Shown here in pieces: positions 25,291 to 33,953 of a DNA stretch of 54,668 nucleotides. The position numbers and the translations under genes are program-made. Position 1 is the stretch's first letter. Every line of letters starts with the position of its first letter. This stretch comes from Alloascoidea hylecoeti. Lineage: Eukaryota. Below the pieces are notes generated by a model, which saw nothing but the letters and a program-made list of their open reading frames with translations, was not told where the DNA came from and made no database searches. The stretch is taken from the NCBI GenBank assembly GCA_001600815.1, contig BCKZ01000024.1, forward strand, positions 244,464-299,131. Direction: 5' to 3'.

Positions 25291-25498
25291 AATATAGCTA
25301 GTTATACTAGTATCTATCTGTAGCAATTGACATAATAGTATAATTTAGAGATCAGTCTATATTGATCTAATACTAATCACTAGTTAAACTTGTAAAAAAT
25401 CCTTTCAATTTATTAGGTCGTGCTAAAATATATATTGCATAATTAATAATAAATTAACTAATTAACTAGTAAAAAGTTTTATTCAATACTGTCAACTT

Positions 25499-26413
25499 TC
25501 AAGCTTTGATAAACTCTTCTGGATTTTTCAAGAACCACAACTCATCATTAAAAGTAGGAATCCTGAACTCATCTATCTCTAATTGTAAGCAATGACCTGC
25601 CCCATCATACTCTATTAGCCTCACATTCTTCAAACCATGTTTCATAAACTTTCGTGCTCCCTCAACACTACAGAGTTCATCTGTGCTCGCGTGCTGAATT
25701 AAAATTGGTAAATCTGGTTCAATATTTTTAACGTAACTATAATCTAATAGCTTACTGGCACGCCTCAACATATGATACATTTGCCTAAGTGTACCAATAA
25801 ATGGAGCCATCTCAGTCGCTTCTGCCACCATTCTTGCTATTTCCTTATCATGAGTAAACATCACGCCTGTATGAATTCTCTCCTCTGTATTTGGAGCTGT
25901 ACATATTTGATAATTGGGAGCAATTAAAGAAACAATAGGCCACAATAATTTTTTGAATATGTTTTGGTTATCGAAAGGAGTATACATTATTTGAGGTGAC
26001 ATTGAAACAATACCAGCAATTTCTTTGCGATGCTTTCCTCGAATGGCATAATTTAACACTGTTGACCCACCCATTGAGTGACCAAAAAGGAATAGATCTC
26101 CGGAACAGACATCCTTTTTTTGTAAAAGTTCAATAAAGAAATCTAAATCATCAAAGGTGTGAAAATCATCAGTAACTCCCCTCTCTTTTCCAACTGCCGA
26201 TCTCCCAAATCCTCTTTGATCAAACACAAAAAAATAGTACCCTTTTGAAGTAAAAAATTCAGCTGGATACCCAAAATTATACAAATTGTCTGAAAACCCA
26301 TGAACAAACAATATAATTCCAATTGCATCTGTCTCTGATGATGGCATCCATAATCGTGAATGGAGGGATGCACCCTTGTGATCAAATACTTCGTCGATAA
26401 ATTTTGCGGACAT
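25499..26413 (-). CDS. YJU3: Monoglyceride lipase, Yju3-like alpha/beta hydrolase, 304 aa
   Basis: FVHGFSD, FDQRGFGRS, GHSMGG nucleophile elbow, TDELCS acid, GAGH base. Orthology versus paralogy not resolvable here. Confidence 0.8.
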   Translation of the reverse strand: MSAKFIDEVFDHKGASLHSRLWMPSSETDAIGIILFVHGFSDNLYNFGYPAEFFTSKGYYFFVFDQRGFGRSAVGKERGVTDDFHTFDDLDFFIELLQKKDVCSGDLFLFGHSMGGSTVLNYAIRGKHRKEIAGIVSMSPQIMYTPFDNQNIFKKLLWPIVSLIAPNYQICTAPNTEERIHTGVMFTHDKEIARMVAEATEMAPFIGTLRQMYHMLRRASKLLDYSYVKNIEPDLPILIQHASTDELCSVEGARKFMKHGLKNVRLIEYDGAGHCLQLEIDEFRIPTFNDELWFLKNPEEFIKA

Positions 26414-27785
26414 GACAAAAATAGTTTATGATATTAAATTTCTTTAAAAATTTATTCCAGTTGATATGTAACCGTAGGATATTAAAAAGATTGTTAACGC
26501 TATTTTGTTGACTTTCATATAGCTAAGAGAAATATAGCCCCTTTTATGTTTAACTGTGAAATACATATATGATACCTAGTATTAACCATTCATATGGTTA
26601 AATATTCAATTGATTTATAATTTAATCTAGCATATGTTTCGGATTTTCGTATCCAAATAATGCAATGCATAATATAGTATGCATGTATGTATTTATCCTT
26701 AATTAACGCCAACTATATGATATGAGTTATCAAAGAATTGAAGAGATCTAGAAAAGAATATTCAATGAGGAAAACTGAGACTATTTCTTCTTGATTACTT
26801 TTTTGAAATTTCTATTAATTACTAATTTGAAAATATTATATTAAGGCACCACATTCAAACTTGATCGGTATAGAATTAATCCTTCAATTACCTAGATACA
26901 GCACTACATCTGCATATATTTGCATTATATAATATAAATATGTACTGATATAAGACCATGCAGATAGATGTATTAATGAAGTATAATTATCTATATCGAG
27001 ATTTTACAACAGACTTTTATTAACAGTATACGCATTACCTAGCACATAATTATGTAGAAACCCTAAAATTCGAAATCACAGGAACGGTCTCAAATTTATC
27101 CATTTTGTTGCGATTGTAGCTAAATATTAAAAGGACCTCATGTATAAGTTACGGTGTTGGTATCTAAATCGTCCGTGCATGGACTCTCCCCTGACATCCC
27201 CTTTGAAATTCGGTAGATGAACCACCAATATTAAATGTCTTTTTAAAGAAGATAACGAAAAGATGAATTTAAAATAGCATATATTTCGCTCTTATTTTGT
27301 TTTTATTGGTATATATTGATGTGTTTGTGTTTGGACGGTTATTCAAATATGGACCTTTTCCTTCATTCGTATCGGTATATGTAAGGTAATATCCAGTATT
27401 TCTCTACATATTCAGCGCTTAATTACCTACTTAGGAATTACAAACACCCATAAATACTAATCAGAGTTTTTGCTTCTGACTTCTTCATGCTGTAAAAATC
27501 GTGTGTTAAATTCTAGACTATAGCGCGGTAGATCTATTTCTCAGTTTGTGTGCATGGAGTTTGGCTATGTATTACCATATACAGTAAGCCTTCTTCGTTA
27601 CATATGCATGCTAATATAGAGTCATATCACTTAATTTCGGCCATGCAAATTACTAATATGATCGTTGCCCTGGTATGGGAAAATTGACGAGTTATATATT
27701 CAACTTCCCATGTGGCATGGACAATTAATATTTAGATGTCTCTAAAAAGAGACTTTACATAGGTATACTTAGGGATTGCTACTTA

Positions 27786-28734
27786 CAGTCATGGCAAAAA
27801 ATGGTGCGTGCACTCAAAGAAAACAACTTTTGGGAAAATCAAAATTGTCATTTAACTACAAATTGCAAAACCTCCAACAAATATATATCATTAAAAATAG
27901 TATTACTAGAGTCTAATTAATCTCATAATTCTGAGGATGTATATTTGATATTCTTGTTTGTAAAAATAGTTTTTTTTTGGGGGGATCTTCGAGCAATAAG
28001 GTGGAAATTTGCGATATGCATAGTAAAGTTTCCTGCATTTCCTTGTCCAAATGCGGAAATCATCTTTCGTATGTTTTCAAAAATTTCTCGATTTTTTTGG
28101 TTACTTCTATCTCTTTTTCGCTTAGGCAAACCTCTCCAAATTTTGATAATATATATTATCTGTAGATTAAGAAATTACAGTTGTTGAAAGCCCGATTGAA
28201 TATCTTTACGGGTAATTATAACCTCAGCGATTGCTTTCTGGTATATTATAATGAAATTCTTTTTTTGAGGCCAGTAGTTGGTGTGGCTTGTTACTAGCTT
28301 CTCATAGTACAAGGAAGGCTCCGCTAATGATCGATGATATATAAGAAAATGACAATCTTGTGTGGATTCCACATAAAAAAAGCTGACTATTCGCTGTTAT
28401 TCCAATAGTTATAAGAATAGTGACTTGATGCTAAAATAGTTGAGTGAATTGTTCCTATTAAAAGAAATAAATAGGTTCATATTATCTTATTTGACGGGCA
28501 CAGCGTGGCACGGAATCTTGGAGCTAGTGAACTCAATACCCCAAGTCGTAAAGGAACGCTCACACCACAACAAGATTTACAAAACAAATGTAATATCTGA
28601 ATCATGGGATTAAGTAGATGTTAGTGATACTATTTTCAATATTTTACTTCTGTTGATGGCTTTGCAATTCGTGGTTAATGTAACAACTTTAGGTGTTCCA
28701 GTAGCCATTTTGTTCCGTCAGCCCTTCCTGACGG
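27786..28734. mobile_element. Internally deleted and rearranged pogo/Fot1-family (DDE_1) DNA transposon relic
   Basis: Left end TA|CAGTCATGGCAAAAAATGG (Tc1/mariner-like terminus); degenerate right end CCATTTTGTTCC..TGACGG|TA. Plus strand: PLMI..WIP..SNSYKNSDLMLK*LSELF..HIILFDGHS (28321-28504), then LTPQQD. Minus strand: LYYEKLV..KKNFIIIYQKAIAEVIITRKDIQSGF (~28312-28187) and the C-terminal ORF 27923-28129. Confidence 0.72.
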
Positions 28735-28914
28735 TATATAAAAGGTAATCATTTTATATGGGACACGGGAGAATCGGAAGTTATTTTTATAGATTTTAGA
28801 AGACTTTGGTATTTTTCAGTAGGTGTAGTAGATCGTAAAGATGAAGACATGCCCTTATCATATTTCACAATTTCCACTCGATGTTAAAAATGTAGGTACA
28901 ATCTTGAAAATCAC

Positions 28915-29437
28915 CCTCAGATCTGTATTAACACTACAAGATGGCCCATTCAAGTTTTATAGTGGATTGGGTGCTTTGTGTGGATCTGGGACATCTATGA
29001 AGTAGCACATATAAGATCAATCATTTGTAGTAGAATTCGAATATTTTTACGTAAAATCCACTTATTGTAACTTATAGTTTCAAGGAGTCAGCTTCCTGGA
29101 CATTGACTGCCACAAAATAGGTGGTCACCATTATACCCAGAAGAAATATTGATGAAGTGTAGCGATGGAAAATACACAATTGAGCAAATTGAAAATACGT
29201 TTATTGCATTCGGAGGGTTCACTAAAGAAATTGATAAACAAAATATGAAGTGGTGTTGGCAGATTTTATGTAAAACTATTCGATTTCTGATGAGAAGGCC
29301 GCTCATCTACTACAAATGATTGATCTACAAATGATTGATCTTATCGGTGCTACTTTATAGATGTCCCAGATCCACACAAAGTACCCAATCCACTATAAAA
29401 CTTGAATGGGCCATCTTGTAGAGTTACGGATCTGAGG
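28915..29437. repeat. Inverted repeat with ~120/132-bp arms (28915-29034 and 29306-29437) and a ~270-bp spacer
   Basis: Arms align with few differences, including the perfect run CTACAAGATGGCCCATTCAAGTTTTATAGTGGATTGGGT. The right arm carries an extra tandem copy of CTACAAATGATTGAT. Confidence 0.95.
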
Positions 29438-30085
29438 AGATTTATGTGATGACTTCAATCAATTATGTTTGGAAGTAATCCTTAAAGGTGACCATGAAAT
29501 GGAGGATACAATTAATTAATTTTAAATTACATCGAGGGCTACGAGTCCAGATGGAGTTAAAAAAGGACTTTGTTGTCGATATATAAGGTCATAGCATTAT
29601 TTATATCCATATCGTTATTAATTATAAAATGCATCTAAGAATATTTTATGATTATAAATAATATTCGATACTAAGATAATATTGGCACCGGTCCTTAAAT
29701 AGCAAATTTGCAAAATACAATTGAATCTACAGTTTACTGTAAATGCTTTTTTAATCAGATCAAAAGGTTAAAGCAATGAAAATATATATAATAGGAAAGA
29801 GAATAAATTTATTCCATTAATATTGATACATATAATTCCTAATACAAAGATATAAAACAATAAACAAAAAAATATTTCCAGATATATCATGTACAAAAAT
29901 TAGGTTGCGTTAGATAATTAAATAACTTCAATATTATAGAATATCATGTATTTCCGTTACTTTATTTGATTGATATACAGTCATATTTGAAAATGATTTC
30001 TTGTTATTTTTGTAGTATGATTAAAATTCGTGTTTGTTGCTATAACTCATATCAGATGAAAAATGATGAAGGATAATGAAATAAC

Positions 30086-30316
30086 TTAGATATTGAGCTT
30101 AGTTCTTCTCCAGTGTCTTCTCTTGTTGTTATATCTGATCTTGTTGTCAGTTCTTAATCTGATCCATTGTGGAAGAGGTCTGTTTTGTTTTTGGGCCTTA
30201 GCCAACTTAAGCTTGGTCTTGAGTGATTTGTTACTCTACAGTTGAGATGACAATAAATAGTTAATATAAAGTCCATTCAATTTCTATTCAGACTCCTGAT
30301 CGTTACTTACTGGCAT
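30086..30316 (-). CDS. RPL39: 60S ribosomal protein L39 (eL39), 51 aa; exons 30316-30311 and 30235-30086
   Basis: ATGCCA|GTAAGT..TATTAAC..CTGTAG|AGT. Spliced product [51 protein letters not shown]. 75-nt intron. Absent from the ORF track. Confidence 0.97.
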
Positions 30317-30619
30317 TGTTAACTTTGGTTATTTTAGTGACGTTCCAAATATTCTTGTTCAATGTGGAAGCAAAATGCTTGGTACCAACGTTCCCACGTG
30401 TACGCCTAAGTCTCAGTATTACTCAGAGTGTGACGGTTTTCAGCCGAATTAGGATAATTTTATCAGTAGTGACTGTCATCTCTCAATACGGCACTAACGT
30501 ACACACATATACCATATTACAGCATAATTGCGGGTATATCTCAGAACACCGGTTCGGTTTCACAAATCAAAGTTGCAGTGCGAAGTTTTGATACAACCAA
30601 CAAAACAGCAATTTTGATC
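30317..30619. promoter_or_regulatory. 303-bp bidirectional RPL39/RPS14 promoter with Homol-D-like boxes
   Basis: Divergent ATGs at 30316 and 30620. TGTGACGG (30429-30436) and AGTGACTG (30468-30475) are each one mismatch from Homol-D TGTGACTG. Confidence 0.6.
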
Positions 30620-31381
30620 ATGTCTGGTATGTATTTGTTAAAGTCTATATCATCTATTTGTCTACTTGTTCGCTTGGTTTGATTACTGTTATTATCATGG
30701 ATTTAAACTGGAAATTATTACAACTAGAAACAAAAGGAGCATTGCGACTTAAAGGTCAATATTGTCAGGTTTCAACAACAATATATTAGATTCTTTCATT
30801 TCAAATTGCAAGTCCAATAGTAACTTTGTTTATTCAATTTCAATTTCAAATTTAATTCCAATCTCAAAACTGATTATACTTTCAATCTGATTACCATGAT
30901 TATGAACATATTCTAAAGAAAAATTATAAGTCTAAAGAGAGGTCTAACACAACTTTTATTAGAAAACGTTACATTAGGACCACAAAGTCAGAGCAACACC
31001 CTCACCTTTGGTGTTGCCCGTATTTATGCTTCATTCAATGATACTTTTGTTCACATCACTGATCTTACCGGTCGTGAAACCATCGTCCGTATTACCGGTG
31101 GTATGAAAGTTAAGGCTGATCGTGATGAATCTTCACCATACGCTGCTATGTTGGCCGCTCAAGATGCTGCTGTTAAATGCAAGGAAGTTGGCATTAATGC
31201 TATCCATGTTAAACTCAGAGCTACAGGTGGTACACATACAAAAACACCAGGTCCAGGTGGACAAGCAGCTTTAAGAGCCTTAGCTAGATCAGGATTAAGA
31301 ATTGGAAGAATTGAAGATGTCACTCCAATCCCATCCGATTCTACCAGAAGAAAGGGTGGTAGAAGAGGTAGAAGACTCTAA
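30620..31381 (+). CDS. RPS14: 40S ribosomal protein S14 (uS11), 141 aa; exons 30620-30626 and 30963-31381
   Basis: ATGTCTG|GTATGT..GTCTAAC..ATTAG|. Spliced product [61 protein letters not shown]. 336-nt intron. Confidence 0.97.
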
Positions 31382-31809
31382 TTTTCAGTCTACAATCACA
31401 ACAACCCATTCAAATCCAACAACCTTCAAAAAAGAAAACCAAATACAAACTTTCTTATCAAATTTTATGTTGCTTTTTTTTTTTCTTTCAATTTTTTCAT
31501 CTAAAGAAGAATTATCTATGCATCTTTTTTTGCCTTTTTTTATGCTTCCAATTATAAATGGATAGAATTGAAAAGAGTAAAGAAAAGGAACGAATGAACC
31601 TTATTAAACGGAAAAATGAGAGAATCAATAAAAGTTAGAAAGCACACAAAATTTAAAGTTTTTATTTATAAACAAAAAATTGAAAATAATGTAATGTATA
31701 AGTCTATAATATATTGGACACCCGTTTGCACAATAATTAACACTGCTAGATTATAATCGATAATTATACAGTTAGATAATAACAAATGTAGATTTCACTA
31801 GTTTGAAGG

Positions 31810-32000
31810 ATTATAGTGGATGAACCCAAACACATTAAAATTTATTTAGTACTAGTGAGTTCTCACAAGTTGTTTTCCCCCTCCGACGAAATTCATTTAA
31901 CATTAATTACGATATTTACATCAACAAATCAAGATATGCGTATACCGTCATTAAAAGCTATTTCATGTTTAGTTTTAATAAGAGTAGAATTCCAAGCCGA
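31810..32000 (-). mobile_element. Possible short LINE RT relic (domains 5-7)
   Basis: Minus-strand TVYAYLD-VDVNIV, F-VGGENNL and CLG in the expected order across frameshifts. Weak. Confidence 0.25.
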
Positions 32001-32685
32001 GAAGTAAAAAAAAAAAAAAAACTTTTTAAGAAGTGCACAATTAAACACCGCAAATAGCAGTTCAATGGTTGAGCCTATTCATTGAAAAATTATAAGTTAT
32101 ACTTCTTGATGACAGCTCCATCTCTATATAAAAGCTATAATATCATAAAAAATAATTGTACTTGAAGGTGTGCTAATTTAGAGATCCTCATAATAGGCTC
32201 ATATAGATAATTCATTATAGACACGCCGTCTACAAGCATAAAAGAACTCGCGTAATGTCAGGTATCAACTAAGTTAGTTATGAGAAGATATTTTATTATC
32301 GATAAATCGATAAATAGCATCCATTCAAAATGTTTGATCTCTGGTAAGGAGAAATCGCCACTAATTCTAACGATCGCTCCAGCTGAGAACTTTACAATAT
32401 ATGTTCACTCTAGATTGTCGTGTAGGGAATGGCGACCTAAAAGTCATCGACATTCTACAATAATCAACAATCATACAATTTAATGAAGAGAAGAAAAAAA
32501 GAAGATCATTCTGAAAGAAAATTTAGATTTTAACAGGAGAAAGGTATTATAATTACGTACTAGTGTATATGTCAGCACTAATACTATAAGTTGTTGGAGG
32601 TGCGTATATGTGAGAATGATTTGCCAACAGAAGTAATTATTAGGGCTTCACTCATTAAGTATAACATCTACGTATACATGGTATA

Positions 32686-33462
32686 ATGAGGACAAATATC
32701 ATACTTCTCATAAACTTCTGTCTAATCTCAATAATCAATGCTTATGTATTGAGAGGTAAGATTGAATCCGAAACTCCATGGACTGCCGAAGATATTAGAA
32801 CAACTGTTCTTACTTTACGCCATGTTCCAGAATCTTTATCGCAATTACAAGAGCAAGAAGATGATATATTACCCCTTGATGATAATGAAAAATCGACTAT
32901 TGAAACTTCAATAAAACCATCATCTGTGGTTGCAACATCATTTCTTTCTGATGATGGATCATTTCTGTTCACAAATATTACATCAGGTTCATATTTACTC
33001 TTCTCATCTTCTTCATTACAAGCAATTACACCAGCATTTATCAAAATTGAAATTGCAAATGGTAAAATCCATTCATATGCAGTTTTACCAGGTCATTCAT
33101 GGGATGATAATGGACCATCAATACCTTATCCAATTATATTGAAATCAACAATGAGTATAAACTATTTGATTGATAGACCACAATTTGATCCAAAACAAAT
33201 CATTAAGAATCCAATGATAATGATGAGTTTAGTAGCACTATTATTTGTCTTTGGCTTGCCAATTCTACAGAAAAATTTGGACCCTGAAACATTGCTAGCA
33301 ATGCAAGAAGAACAGAATAAAAGATTTGAAAGTAATCCACTTATTAATGCTGCTTCAAATAAAATTGCTCCACAACAGAAAATAATATCTAATGAACCTT
33401 CATCTTCTGCTCGAGCGGCTCAAACAAGTACCCAAAAAGTGAATAAAAAAAGAAGAGCATAA
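32686..33462 (+). CDS. EMC7: ER membrane protein complex subunit 7 (Sop4/EMC7), 258 aa
   Basis: Signal peptide; DGSFLFTNITSGSYLL beta-sandwich; YLIDRPQFDPKQIIKNPMIMM-TM-LDPE signature; basic tail; syntenic with S. cerevisiae SOP4. Confidence 0.88.
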   Translation: MRTNIILLINFCLISIINAYVLRGKIESETPWTAEDIRTTVLTLRHVPESLSQLQEQEDDILPLDDNEKSTIETSIKPSSVVATSFLSDDGSFLFTNITSGSYLLFSSSSLQAITPAFIKIEIANGKIHSYAVLPGHSWDDNGPSIPYPIILKSTMSINYLIDRPQFDPKQIIKNPMIMMSLVALLFVFGLPILQKNLDPETLLAMQEEQNKRFESNPLINAASNKIAPQQKIISNEPSSSARAAQTSTQKVNKKRRA

Positions 33463-33953
33463 TTGCTCATCTTATTGTGTTCGTTAAAGAGTTTACAATT
33501 ATTAATATATACAAATATATGTATACTGAATAATACACATTTTTATTTAGGATTAGACCATATATATATTTCATATTGAAGTGATACTCATATTTTTGAA
33601 CTGTTTTAAAAGGCTCATTTTTTATCCCATTGCCAATTAATATTAATCCAAATAGATTCCTAACATCCAAACATCTCAACTCAGTCGTACACTTAAATTA
33701 GGCCACCTGATATACTAATTATTCGACATTGACGCTACATATTAGGAAGTTTATTTATTGCCGGTTCACCGTGATAAATATCTATCAAATTTGAGAATAT
33801 ATTATTTTATGCTATATTTATTTATATGTGATATACAAAATCTCTCTAAAAGCAAATGAATAACTGTGATTGAAACTTATATCAAAACAGAGAACAAAAC
33901 TCAATATAACAAAATCCATTCAAAAGTTGATATGACCAAAATCATAAGTTAAT

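Larger units (their letters stand above)
26730..29600 (+). mobile_element. Fossil L1-like retrotransposon ORF2, copy E, interrupted by a pogo relic and an inverted duplication
   Basis: Endonuclease: EEI*KRIFNEEN*DYFFL (~26740), P*NSKSQERSQIY (~27061), IWTF (~27346), FASD..AVKI (~27469-27500). RCPGMGKLT (~27663). After the insertion: VIFIDF (28780-28797), MPLS-YFTI (28849-28872), FKFYSGL (28949-28969), DLGHL, IEQIENTFIAF..WCWQILCKTI (29179-29280), VWK..INFKLHRGL (~29467-29541). Confidence 0.6.

Noticed and set aside
30248..30259. 12-nt match to 18S rRNA (TGACAATAAATA), antisense within the RPL39 intron
   Set aside because: It lies between the branch point and the acceptor of a 75-nt intron with no C/D boxes. 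AT-rich and probably chance.
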